A DNA stretch of 28,196 nt from Fidelibacterota bacterium (GCA_043822705.1 JBDRBK010000065.1:1-28196); one strand, 5' to 3'; shown: positions 10,471-19,410, counted from the stretch's first letter. Numbers and translations are program-made. The notes: generated from the letters alone by a model not told the origin.

Positions 10471-12126
10471 ATGGCTGACCAACCAATCATCGCTCCGCGT
10501 GGCACTGCACTGACCTGCAAGGGCTGGCAGCAGGAAGCGGCCTATCGGATGATTCAGAATAATCTCGATCCCGACGTGGCCGAGAATCCGGCGGAATTGG
10601 TCGTTTATGGCGGCAAGGGCAAGGCCGCCCGCAACTGGGAATGCTTTTACAGTATTCTGGAAACCTTAAAGCGGCTGGAGCATGACGAGACCCTGCTGGT
10701 CCAATCTGGCAAACCGGTGGGCGTTGTCCGTACCCATACCTGGTCGCCGCGGGTACTGATTGCTAATTCCAATCTGGTGCCGAACTGGGCCAACTGGGAT
10801 TATTTCAACGAGCTGGATAAAAAAGGTTTGATGATGTACGGTCAAATGACCGCCGGCAGCTGGATTTACATCGGCAGTCAGGGGATTCTGCAGGGCACCT
10901 ATGAAACTTTCATGGCTTTGGCCCAGCAACATTTTGGCAGCGATCTGGCCGGAAAACTGGTCCTGACCGCCGGACTGGGCGGCATGGGCGGAGCCCAGCC
11001 ACTGGCTGTGACCATGGCAGGCGGCGTGGCGATCTGCGTCGATGTCGACAGCACCAGGATCGAACGGCGGCTGGCGACCAAATATCTGGATGCCTCTACC
11101 GAATCGATCGAGGAGGCCATCGACTGGGCTCGCGCGGCGCAGAGTAAACGGAAACCGCTGTCAATCGGACTGTTGGGCAACGCGGCGGTAGTGATCCCAC
11201 GCTTCGCGGAACTGGGCGTGGTGCCGGACGTGGTGACCGACCAGACTTCCGCCCACGACGAACTGCACGGCTATATTCCCGACACTTTGGGTTTCAAGGA
11301 TGCACTGCGGCTGCGCCAGACCGATCCCCGGGCCTATATTGAAGCCAGTTTCCAGGCCATGGCCAGGCATGTGGAAGGTATCCTGAAACTGAAGGAGATG
11401 GGGGCGGTTGCCTTCGATTACGGCAATAATCTGCGGGGGCAGGCACAGAAAGCCGGTGTCAAGCGGGCTTTCGATTACCCCGGATTTGTCCCGGCCTATA
11501 TCCGGCCCCTGTTCTGTGAGGGAAAGGGACCGTTTCGCTGGGTGGCCCTGTCCGGCGACCCCGAAGATATCTACACGACCGACAAGAAAATTCTGGAACT
11601 GTTTCCGGACAACGCCGGCCTGGTCAAATGGATCGAACTGGCCCGTGAAAAAGTGCAGTTCCAGGGACTGCCAGCCCGGATTTGCTGGCTCGGTTACCGC
11701 GAGCGTGTGAAATTCGGCCTCGAGATCAACCGGATGGTAAGCAAGGGTGAAATTTCCGCACCGATCGTGATCGGGCGCGATCATCTGGATTGCGGTTCGG
11801 TGGCCTCGCCGTACCGCGAAACCGAAGCGATGCAGGATGGTTCCGACGCCGTGGCTGACTGGCCGCTGTTGAACGCCCTGGTCAATACCGCCAGCGGCGC
11901 CAGTTGGGTTTCCATCCACCACGGTGGTGGTGTCGGCATGGGGCTGGCGATCCATGCCGGGCAGGTGATCTGCGCCGACGGCTCCACCGACATGACGGCC
12001 CGAATCAATCGGGTGTTGACCAACGATCCGGGGATGGGGATACTGCGCCACGCCGACGCCGGCTATGTCGATGCCATCGACAACGCCCGGCAGTGGGGCG
12101 TCGACATACCGATGCTGGACCAGTAA
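10471..12126 (+). CDS. hutU: Urocanate hydratase
   Basis: [81 protein letters not shown]. Confidence 0.99.
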   Translation: MADQPIIAPRGTALTCKGWQQEAAYRMIQNNLDPDVAENPAELVVYGGKGKAARNWECFYSILETLKRLEHDETLLVQSGKPVGVVRTHTWSPRVLIANSNLVPNWANWDYFNELDKKGLMMYGQMTAGSWIYIGSQGILQGTYETFMALAQQHFGSDLAGKLVLTAGLGGMGGAQPLAVTMAGGVAICVDVDSTRIERRLATKYLDASTESIEEAIDWARAAQSKRKPLSIGLLGNAAVVIPRFAELGVVPDVVTDQTSAHDELHGYIPDTLGFKDALRLRQTDPRAYIEASFQAMARHVEGILKLKEMGAVAFDYGNNLRGQAQKAGVKRAFDYPGFVPAYIRPLFCEGKGPFRWVALSGDPEDIYTTDKKILELFPDNAGLVKWIELAREKVQFQGLPARICWLGYRERVKFGLEINRMVSKGEISAPIVIGRDHLDCGSVASPYRETEAMQDGSDAVADWPLLNALVNTASGASWVSIHHGGGVGMGLAIHAGQVICADGSTDMTARINRVLTNDPGMGILRHADAGYVDAIDNARQWGVDIPMLDQ

Positions 12127-12166
12127 CAGCAGCGCGGTTTTTGGGGGAGACAGGAATGGGGTTGGA

Positions 12167-13372
12167 ATGCTGAAATTCACCAATATCGGGGAGATGACTA
12201 CATTTGATTCCACCGCCGGCAATCTGATCAGCCGTTCCGGGGTGGAAATACTTGTAAAAAACGGATTGATTCATTCCATCGGTACCAACCTGGGCGCGGC
12301 CGGCGAAACCATCGATTGCGGCGGCAAATTGGTCACGCCGGGATTCGTCGACCCCCATACCCATCCGGTGTTTGTGGCCGGTCGCCAGGCGGAATTCGCT
12401 CAGCGTATCGCCGGCGCCAGTTACGGTGAGATCGCCGCCGCCGGCGGTGGCATCCGTTCCAGCGTGACCGGTATCCGCAGCGCCGGCGAGGATGAACTGA
12501 CGGAGATCGTCAGCCGGCGCCTGGATCGTTTTCTGTCACTAGGGACGACGACTATCGAAGCCAAGAGCGGCTACGGGCTCAGTACCGCCGCCGAATTGAA
12601 ATCACTGGTCGTGCTGGGCCGCCTGGCCAGCGAGCATCCCATCGATATCGTGCCGACTTTCATGGGCGCACACGCCTTTCCCACCGAATACGCCGACAAC
12701 CATGAAGCCTACGTCGACCTGATCTGCCGCGAAATGCTGCCGGCCGTCGCCGGTCAGGGCATTGCCCGCTTCTGTGACATCTTCTGTGAAACCGGCTATT
12801 TCAGCGTCGACCAGGCGCGGCGAATCCTGACCGCTGCCCGGCACTACGATCTGATCCCACGGCTGCATGCCGATGAATTCCAGGATTCCGGGGCCGCCGA
12901 ACTGGCGGCGGAAATCGGTGCCGTCTCGGCCGATCATCTGATGGCGGTGAGCGCCGCCGGTATGGCGGCCATGGCACAGGCCGACGTAATCGCCACGCTG
13001 CTGCCGGGCACGACCTTTTTCCTGGGACAAAACAGCTATGCCCCGGCCCGGCGCTTACTGGACCAGGGCGTTAAGGTCGCCCTGGCGACCGATTTCAATC
13101 CCGGCAGTTGCCATATTCAGTCGATGCCGTTCATCATCTCCCTGGCCTGCCTGTACCTGCACATGACGGTGGAGGAAGCTTTCGTCGCCGCCACCTACCG
13201 GGCCGCCGAAGCGTTGCTGATCCAGGAGCGGGTCGGTTCGCTGGAACCGGGCAAGCAGGCCGATCTGATCATCTGGGACCTGGAAAATATCCTGGAAATC
13301 CCCTATTATGTGACCGACCTGCCGATCATCGGCGTCGTGAAGAACGGCCTGCCGATCTTTGGTCTTGACTGA
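12167..13372 (+). CDS. hutI: Imidazolonepropionase
   Basis: PGFVDPHTH, GTTT-EAKSGYGL, GAHA, D-FCE, HADE, ALATDFNPG; start moved to ATG 12167 to avoid overlapping hutU. Confidence 0.95.
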   Translation: MLKFTNIGEMTTFDSTAGNLISRSGVEILVKNGLIHSIGTNLGAAGETIDCGGKLVTPGFVDPHTHPVFVAGRQAEFAQRIAGASYGEIAAAGGGIRSSVTGIRSAGEDELTEIVSRRLDRFLSLGTTTIEAKSGYGLSTAAELKSLVVLGRLASEHPIDIVPTFMGAHAFPTEYADNHEAYVDLICREMLPAVAGQGIARFCDIFCETGYFSVDQARRILTAARHYDLIPRLHADEFQDSGAAELAAEIGAVSADHLMAVSAAGMAAMAQADVIATLLPGTTFFLGQNSYAPARRLLDQGVKVALATDFNPGSCHIQSMPFIISLACLYLHMTVEEAFVAATYRAAEALLIQERVGSLEPGKQADLIIWDLENILEIPYYVTDLPIIGVVKNGLPIFGLD

Positions 13373-13427
13373 GGTAAATGAACACAGTAAACTCGCTCAA
13401 CTGTTTGATAAGGATAATAACCAGACC

Positions 13428-13904
13428 ATGAAAAAATCTACTTCAATTTTCGTACTACTGACCCTGCTCATGGTCAGTGCCCAACCACTGTTTGCCAATT
13501 ATGCCTTCTATCGAACGGTTGTTAACACCTGCAAGGCATATCGCATCGATGTGAAAGAATCGGATATGTCATTCAATATCCAGGATGAGGAAGTGATGAC
13601 ATTCAAGATGAATCTCACCAGCATGCGCAATAATTTCGACATGGTGATGCTGGTTGGTTTCATATCGGCGGGGCAAGCGATCAAGCACCAGAAACAACTG
13701 GCAGAGAAGCTGCAGAAAAGCGGCCAGGCGTTTGAAGCCGAGATTCCCGCCCAGGTCGAAATATCGGTAATCGTGCCCATGTCCAACGAAAATATGATCG
13801 TCAAAGCGACCGCTGATGCCGACCTGGTGATACAACTATCCGATGGAACCATTAATTCCAGTGGTTTTATGCGGCAAATCAAAGATTCAATCCAAACACT
13901 TTAA
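13428..13904 (+). CDS. Hypothetical secreted protein
   Basis: ATG 13428 gives a signal peptide MKKSTSIFVLLTLLMVSAQPLFA; no family recognised. Confidence 0.7.
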   Translation: MKKSTSIFVLLTLLMVSAQPLFANYAFYRTVVNTCKAYRIDVKESDMSFNIQDEEVMTFKMNLTSMRNNFDMVMLVGFISAGQAIKHQKQLAEKLQKSGQAFEAEIPAQVEISVIVPMSNENMIVKATADADLVIQLSDGTINSSGFMRQIKDSIQTL

Positions 13905-13913
13905 GGAGGAAAC

Positions 13914-14147
13914 ATGGATCCCTTTGGACTACAAACAACCTTGTTCAACTATCTGCGGGCCTTAGGCTGGTCGATTGTGGCAGCCATCGGCTTTTCTGTC
14001 GGTATCGGTCTGGCGATTAAAGTCTTTGCCTGGCTGTCCACCGACATCGATGAATGGGCCGAAATCAAGAAAGGGAATATGGGCGTATCGATGATATTCG
14101 TCGCGCTGATCGTGATGGTCGGCGTCCTGATCTTCAAGGTAATCTAA
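13914..14147 (+). CDS. DUF350-like small membrane protein
   Basis: Strong AAGGAGG SD; two TM helices around IDEW-EIKKGN-GV. Confidence 0.8.
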   Translation: MDPFGLQTTLFNYLRALGWSIVAAIGFSVGIGLAIKVFAWLSTDIDEWAEIKKGNMGVSMIFVALIVMVGVLIFKVI

Positions 14148-14166
14148 AAAGATTATTCGATCAATT

Positions 14167-14192
14167 AAGGGGCTCGGTCGAGCCCCTTTTTT
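14167..14192 (+). terminator. Intrinsic terminator between convergent genes
   Basis: AAGGGGCTC-GGTC-GAGCCCCTT followed by a T-run. Confidence 0.85.
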
Positions 14193-14204
14193 ATTGCCGG
14201 ACGT

Positions 14205-15098
14205 TCAGCGGTGAATATTTTTTAGCTGTACCAGCACGACCCCCAGCGCCGCCAGCAGGATGCCGGCTATTTCCTGACTGGTGATTGCCTCCCCCAGAAA
14301 TATCCAGGCCAGGACGGCGATCTGAATCAGCATCGTGCCGTTGATAATACTGGATTCCATGGCGCTCAGCGTCCGCAGGGTGATATTCCAGAGCGTGAAG
14401 GCCAGGGCGGTGTTGACCGCTGCCAGCCAGACCAGGGCCGCGATCATCCGCCAGCCGAGCGGCGGCAATCCCTGAATTATAATTCCCGCGACCAGCAGGA
14501 TGACAGCGCCGATGCCCATGCTGACCGTCGTTACCAGCAGCGGACTCAGGTCACCACGACGGTTGATGTCGCGCCCCAGCAGCGCCGCCCCGGAATTAGC
14601 CAGTACACCGAATCCCATTACCACCAGACCGGTCCAGCGACTGGCGCCGAAGTCGGCCGGATAAAAATAGACCAGAATGCCGGCGATGAACAGGAAGACA
14701 CCCAGCCACTGGCGCGGAGTGGGTAGTTCCTGCAATAGCCGGATTCCGGCAACGGCCACGACCAGGGGCGTGAAGTTGAGCATCAGACTGACGGTGACCG
14801 CCGGCAGCAACGCCAGCCCCAGAAACTGGGCACCCTGCGTGAAAGTATAGAAAACCAATCCCAGCGCCACCAGCCGCAGCCACTGCCGCCGTGACAGGTA
14901 CCGGAATTCGGCGCGTGTGTCCTTGCGGCGCAGTGTTACCGGTAACAGGCACAGGAAGGCCAGAAAATAGCGCAATCCGGCGAAAGTCAGCGGCGGCAGT
15001 TCCGTCAGGCCCAGTTTGATGATGATAAACGAGGTCGACCAGAGCAGGGTCACCAGCAGGGCCAGCAACACTGCGACGATTTTGGATTTATTCCCCAG
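14205..15098 (-). CDS. EamA/DMT family transporter (start CTG 15098 or GTG 15071)
   Basis: LLWSTSF---K-GL-ELPPL-FAGLR, second EamA repeat, A-IFLGE-IT; about 10 TM segments. Confidence 0.9.
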   Translation of the reverse strand: MGNKSKIVAVLLALLVTLLWSTSFIIIKLGLTELPPLTFAGLRYFLAFLCLLPVTLRRKDTRAEFRYLSRRQWLRLVALGLVFYTFTQGAQFLGLALLPAVTVSLMLNFTPLVVAVAGIRLLQELPTPRQWLGVFLFIAGILVYFYPADFGASRWTGLVVMGFGVLANSGAALLGRDINRRGDLSPLLVTTVSMGIGAVILLVAGIIIQGLPPLGWRMIAALVWLAAVNTALAFTLWNITLRTLSAMESSIINGTMLIQIAVLAWIFLGEAITSQEIAGILLAALGVVLVQLKNIHR

Positions 15099-15202
15099 TC
15101 GATCCTCCGGTCTTCGTGAATCGCAGCGCTGTCAGGATTTGACAGCGGTCGATGGTGATAATCCCGTTACCGGCTATCACTGGCGCGAACGCGGAATCCC
15201 GG

Positions 15203-15634
15203 TTATTTATAAATCCCCCGGGCTTTAAGGTCTTCATAACCACCGGCATTAGTGACATTGGTATAACCCAGGTTTTCCAGGGTGGTCTTGGCGGCTTCGG
15301 CCCGGCCGCCGCGGCGGCAGTAGACGACGATTTTGGCGTTCTTGTCGCTGGTGACTTCGGTGATGTGCTGGCCGATCTCGGTGTAGGGAATCAGGACCGC
15401 CTGACTGAAATGACCTTCGGCGTATTCCGCGGGGGAACGCACGTCGATCAGGTAGATCGTCTCAGCAGCGGCGGGTGCGGGGGTGCTCACGGGAGCAGGG
15501 GCGCTCACGGGAGCCGGTGTACTGACGGGAGCGGGCGTGCTGACGGGACAGGAGGCGCAACCGGCCAGCAATGCGGTCAGCGTCAGCAGGATCATGATCC
15601 TGCTTAATGATTGGCGGTCTTGCGGCATCTTCAT
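15203..15634 (-). CDS. Rhodanese-like (PspE-type) lipoprotein with a Pro-rich linker
   Basis: Lipobox LAGC; IDVR---EY-EGH---A--IP, VVYCRRGGRA active-site loop, N-GG. Confidence 0.88.
   Translation of the reverse strand: MKMPQDRQSLSRIMILLTLTALLAGCASCPVSTPAPVSTPAPVSAPAPVSTPAPAAAETIYLIDVRSPAEYAEGHFSQAVLIPYTEIGQHITEVTSDKNAKIVVYCRRGGRAEAAKTTLENLGYTNVTNAGGYEDLKARGIYK
15476..15547 (-). repeat. Four in-frame 18-bp repeats encoding PVS(T/A)PA
   Basis: CCC GTC AGC ACG CCC GCT / CCC GTC AGT ACA CCG GCT / CCC GTG AGC GCC CCT GCT / CCC GTG AGC ACC CCC GCA. Confidence 0.9.
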
Positions 15635-15639
15635 GATTC

Positions 15640-16272
15640 TTAAATCCAGCCCAGTCCGAAACCGAACACCAGGATTGCCAGCAGATCGACTCCGTAGATT
15701 ATTCCCAGCGCCGTCAGCTGTTTTTTGATGGTCGCCATGTCATGGACCCAGAAGGCGATGATAAAGAAATGCAGGTAGCCGAACAGGAAGATCAGCAGCG
15801 GCGAGCCGGCGTCCCACCAGGAATAATCCCAGGTCAGGGCGCCGATGGCGTTCAGCCAGATTTCGACGATTACGCAGAACAGCGAACCGACGATCCCGAT
15901 GAACCAGCGGTTGGGAATCCTCAGGATGCGCAGCGTTTTGTCGGCCGGCAGCAGCTTGCCGAAGGCGATCCCGGCGATGGCGAACATGAAACAGATTTCG
16001 ATGTTCAGCCCCACCAGAATCAGGTAGGCGGTCTTGGCCGGCGCACCCCAGACCGGGGCGTAGCCGCTGAAATGGAGCACCAGCGAATTCCAGATTTCGT
16101 TGAACCAGTCCATCCCCCAGAAGGCCAGTCCGGCAACGACCAGGTTCCAGTTGCGTTTTTCGATCTCGCTGGTGTAAATATAGACGACGATGGCGAACAG
16201 CGGGATCACATACCATTGAAACTGACTGCCATCCCGCAGGATGCTTAAAGCCTGAGTCGCGGCATTGGTCAT
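15640..16272 (-). CDS. Hypothetical integral membrane protein
   Basis: GGAGGG SD before ATG 16272; about 6-7 TM segments with polar intramembrane residues (DWFNEIWN, LNIEI, VEIWLN). Confidence 0.75.
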   Translation of the reverse strand: MTNAATQALSILRDGSQFQWYVIPLFAIVVYIYTSEIEKRNWNLVVAGLAFWGMDWFNEIWNSLVLHFSGYAPVWGAPAKTAYLILVGLNIEICFMFAIAGIAFGKLLPADKTLRILRIPNRWFIGIVGSLFCVIVEIWLNAIGALTWDYSWWDAGSPLLIFLFGYLHFFIIAFWVHDMATIKKQLTALGIIYGVDLLAILVFGFGLGWI

Positions 16273-16374
16273 AGTACCCTCCAATTAGCGCTGTTTATGG
16301 TGATAAGTATGCTTAAATATCGTCCGGCCAAATTTCATGTACTATCCCGCGGGACGATATTAGCTCCCCCGCCA

Positions 16375-17334
16375 TTAATGCGAACCGTACCTCTTTTCGC
16401 CGGCGGTGATTGCCACCGGTAAAACGTTTTGGCGCGGCGGCAGAGGACAGGTGGCGAAATCGGAAAAGGCGCAGGGCGGATTGTAGGCCTGGTTGAAATC
16501 GATCCAGGTGCTGCCGTCCGGTCCCGGCGCAACCACTGACAGAAAGCGGCCGGCGCCGTAGGTTTCTTTACCGCTGGTGGCATCGGCGAAGATCACGAAG
16601 TACTGTTCGTCACCCGGAGCGGCGATCGGATCGAGGCGGCAGGTCCGGCCGGCGATTTCAAACACCAGTGCTCCCGGGCAGGGTGAATCCTCAATCTGGC
16701 CCAGCACGTTGGGGATGGCGATTTGCCGCGGCGGGTCATAGGGCTCCAGCCGGGCCGCAATCCGCCAGTCGGCGCTGATTGGAAACATCTCGATCCCTTT
16801 GAAAGCCTTCAGCTGGGGGTGCCGGTTGTCCTTCAGGCGCACGCCGTAGCGCTCACCGCGTTTGATGATATGCCAGTTCAGGCTGCCCCATTCCAGAATC
16901 GTCGGTTCGCCGTCGGCGTCGCTGACCAGGTGGATCGTGCCGGTGATTTTCAGTCCCCTGCTGGTGACGGCTACATCATCGGCGGTCTTGAATTGGATCG
17001 AATCGCCGGCGAGATCGAATGTTCCCAGGTAGTCCGGCGCCTTGCCGGCCGGGAATACAATGTCATTATCAGCGGCGGCGCCGAAGCTGTTTTCGCCTTC
17101 CGCCAGCCAGAACAGGCCGGCCAGCGTCAGCCAGCTGTCCGGTTGCCGCAGGCGTTCGATCCGCGCCTGATGCCAGGCTTTGATTTCGTTTTCGTAACTC
17201 ATATCCGGTAGGGGTGGGGTGGAGGCGCAAGCCGTCAACAGCAGGACGCCGGTTACAGATATATTCATGAAATTCGACACCAATATCCTCCGTATTATGG
17301 ACGGGAGTCTACGATTGCCGTAGGCGATTGTCAA
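16375..17334 (-). CDS. DUF1684 family protein, probable lipoprotein (start uncertain; ATG 17268 plausible)
   Basis: W-TL-GL-WL, F-DAT-GKETYGAGRFL, DFN-AYNPPCAF---ATCPLPP--N-L---I-AGEK; lipobox-like LTAC. Confidence 0.85.
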   Translation of the reverse strand: MTIAYGNRRLPSIIRRILVSNFMNISVTGVLLLTACASTPPLPDMSYENEIKAWHQARIERLRQPDSWLTLAGLFWLAEGENSFGAAADNDIVFPAGKAPDYLGTFDLAGDSIQFKTADDVAVTSRGLKITGTIHLVSDADGEPTILEWGSLNWHIIKRGERYGVRLKDNRHPQLKAFKGIEMFPISADWRIAARLEPYDPPRQIAIPNVLGQIEDSPCPGALVFEIAGRTCRLDPIAAPGDEQYFVIFADATSGKETYGAGRFLSVVAPGPDGSTWIDFNQAYNPPCAFSDFATCPLPPRQNVLPVAITAGEKRYGSH

Positions 17335-17349
17335 CCGCCGGAAAAAGTC

Positions 17350-17895
17350 CTATTCCCGCCAGTGTTGCGGCTGGTTCAAGGCTTCGGCGCAGAGCACCCG
17401 GCCGTTTACGCTGCCGATCAGGCCGGGGCGCAGCTCCTGCACCATCCAGGCGGCGGCGTCCTGGTCGGGAATCGGAAAGGGCGCTGCGAATCCCAGAACT
17501 CCAGCGGGCCGGAAACCGTGGCGCGGATAATATTCGGGGTGCCCGAGGACAAATACCAGCTCGACCCCTGATTTCGACAGTTGTCGCAGACCGGTCCTGA
17601 TCAACCGGCCGCCGACGCCACGATTCTGTGCCTCGGGGCTGACTGCCAGGGGACCGAGGATCACCGTCGCCGGCGAAGCGGCGTTGGAATCGAGCCCGGC
17701 CCTGGTAAACAAAATATGGCCGCTTATTTTATCAGCTGTGGCTGCGACCAGCGACAACAACGGCAGCGCACTGGGATCATTCAATAAATCTTTGGTCAGG
17801 CCGGCTACCTCGGGCCCATGTAGCGGTCCGAAAGCATTTTCCACGACCTGCAGCACGGCAGTGATATCGCTCCGGTTCATTTTTCTGATTCGCAT
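17350..17895 (-). CDS. GNAT family N-acetyltransferase (YhbS-like)
   Basis: SLVA, GHILF, LGPLAV-P--Q-RGVG--LI (motif A), VLGHPEYYPR-GF. Confidence 0.92.
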   Translation of the reverse strand: MRIRKMNRSDITAVLQVVENAFGPLHGPEVAGLTKDLLNDPSALPLLSLVAATADKISGHILFTRAGLDSNAASPATVILGPLAVSPEAQNRGVGGRLIRTGLRQLSKSGVELVFVLGHPEYYPRHGFRPAGVLGFAAPFPIPDQDAAAWMVQELRPGLIGSVNGRVLCAEALNQPQHWRE

Positions 17896-17935
17896 GCGTC
17901 TTATCCGTTAATTAAGTAAAAACCGGCCGGGGCGG

Positions 17936-18304
17936 TCAACCGCGCCCCAGCGTCTGGTACACCGCCACCGCCACCAGGGCGGCGGTGAAATACGGCAGCA
18001 ATTTATGCAGCCACAGCACCCAGGCCGGCGCGGTCGCCAAAGCGCCGATGAATCCGCCGCTGACGAACATGGCGATCACCAGGATCGCCGCGCTTACGAC
18101 CGTGATTGTTTCCAGGGCCGACAGGGCGGTAATCCGGCCGGCGGCCTGCACCAGCAGCCCGATCGCAATCACCGCCGCCAGGGCCACCAGTTTGTGAACC
18201 GTCAGCAGCGCCGTGCCGTAGGGCTTGCCGGTGCGCTGGAGCCAGTAACCGGAAATGAATACCACCGCTGCCGCCGTTACCAGCAGAATCATCTTGTTTT
18301 GCAT
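17936..18304 (-). CDS. Hypothetical small membrane protein (about 4 TM)
   Basis: Hydrophobic segments with two HKL motifs; SG-WL--GKPY; start ATG 18304 or TTG 18310. Confidence 0.7.
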   Translation of the reverse strand: MQNKMILLVTAAAVVFISGYWLQRTGKPYGTALLTVHKLVALAAVIAIGLLVQAAGRITALSALETITVVSAAILVIAMFVSGGFIGALATAPAWVLWLHKLLPYFTAALVAVAVYQTLGRG

Positions 18305-18403
18305 AGTCAATTTTTCCCCATAACCGAACCCAATATAATCAGTTTATGCTTGGCGTTCAATGCTGTTGTTGGCTGGTTCTGGCTGACCAGGGGCAGGGAT
18401 CGG

Positions 18404-18459
18404 TAGTCAGTAGTCAGTAGTCAGTAGTCAATAGTCAATAGTCAATAGTCAATAGTCAG
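18404..18459. repeat. Heptamer tandem repeat (TAGTCAR) x8
   Basis: 3x TAGTCAG, 4x TAGTCAA, 1x TAGTCAG read directly; an inverted partial copy GACTATTGAC at 18509-18518. Confidence 0.95.
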
Positions 18460-18613
18460 GTTGTCACTGCCCCATTTTTTGGACGGGACGCACCTCCCGG
18501 GAGGGGTCGACTATTGACCACCCCAGATTGTCATTTCGAATGCGCCGGCAATGCGGCGAAGTGATCAGTGGGTCGTCAACCGGGCGGCTGACCATGATAG
18601 CATGAACAAATCA

Positions 18614-18734
18614 TGTCATGCTGAGCCTGTCGAAGCATGAGCCTGTCCCTGCCCGCCGGAGGCACGCAGGCGGGGAAGCATGAGCCTGTCCCTGCCCGCC
18701 GGAGGCACGCAGGCGGGGAAGCAAGAGCCTGCCC
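18614..18734. repeat. REP-like palindromic element followed by two exact 43-bp tandem units and a partial third
   Basis: TGTCATGCTGAGCCTGTCGAAGCATGA hairpin; 18632-18674 is identical to 18675-18717; partial GAAGCAAGAGCCTGCCC follows. Confidence 0.9.
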
Positions 18735-18839
18735 ACCCGGCAATTATTAATTTGGGCCGAATAATTATTGGTTGATAATATGAACCGGTATTTGGACGTT
18801 GCTGTTTTGATTAAACAATAAATGAGGGGAGAATCGAAG

Positions 18840-19268
18840 ATGAACAAGTGCGGGATACAATCGATTGTTTTTATACTGCTGGCGGTAATGCTGGTTCTGC
18901 CGGGAATGGTTTTGGCGCAGGATGGTGCGGCAACAATAACCTGTAAAAAAGGTGCGCTGGGCAATAAATATTTTCAGGACGGTAAAATCCTTAGCCTGAA
19001 AAAGCTGAATGACCTGCTGGCCACCGTACCGGCGGCCGGGGAGGAACTGGAACAGGCCAGGAAAATAATGAATAAGGGTAACCTGTTAGCCTATCCCGGT
19101 GGCTTTCTGATCGGTTATCCAATCGGTTATGCCACGTCCGGAGCAGGGCTTAACGTTCCGATGATCCTGTGTGGTTGCGTGCTGGCGGGAGCCGGCATTT
19201 ACATCAGTCTGGATGCCCACCTGCATTATGAGAACGCCATCGCAATATTCAACCGGCAGGCACAGTAA
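18840..19268 (+). CDS. Hypothetical exported/membrane protein with a Gly-rich hydrophobic hairpin
   Basis: GGGGAG SD before ATG 18840; signal peptide ending VLA-QD; GGFLIGYPIG...CVLAGAGI. Confidence 0.72.
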   Translation: MNKCGIQSIVFILLAVMLVLPGMVLAQDGAATITCKKGALGNKYFQDGKILSLKKLNDLLATVPAAGEELEQARKIMNKGNLLAYPGGFLIGYPIGYATSGAGLNVPMILCGCVLAGAGIYISLDAHLHYENAIAIFNRQAQ

Positions 19269-19290
19269 AGCTTAGTTTATCTTACTTGTG

Positions 19291-19322
19291 AAAAGCCCGG
19301 CACAATCCGGTACCGGGCTAAA
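19291..19322 (-). terminator. Intrinsic terminator for the minus-strand gene 19411-20007
   Basis: Minus strand AGCCCGGTAC-CGGATT-GTGCCGGGCT-TTT: 10-bp stem with one G-U pair, then a U-tract. Confidence 0.65.
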
Positions 19323-19364
19323 AGGTTCATTGCGGTTGGGGTGTTACTTTATTAATATGTCATT

Positions 19365-19403
19365 CCTGCGTTCTCAGCGTTCTCGGCGAACTTTGCGGTG
19401 AAC
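19365..19403. repeat. Degenerate 9-bp tandem motif x4
   Basis: CCTGCGTTC TCAGCGTTC TCGGCGAAC TTTGCGGTG AAC. Confidence 0.65.
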
Positions 19404-19410
19404 AGCCTGG

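Noticed and set aside
12065..12166. Extended N-termini in the ORF track (hutI 12065; also cas3 21263, cas8e 23800, cas5 26847, ORF 13359)
   Set aside because: They overlap upstream genes; downstream ATGs give family-typical N-termini, usually with an SD or stop/start coupling.
11161..12222. 353-aa antisense ORF
   Set aside because: Shadow of the GC-rich hutU coding strand, with no recognisable motifs.
18611..18964. 117-aa minus-strand ORF ending PACLRRAGTGSCFDRLSMT
   Set aside because: It translates the REP-like repeats and overlaps the better-supported plus-strand gene at 18840.
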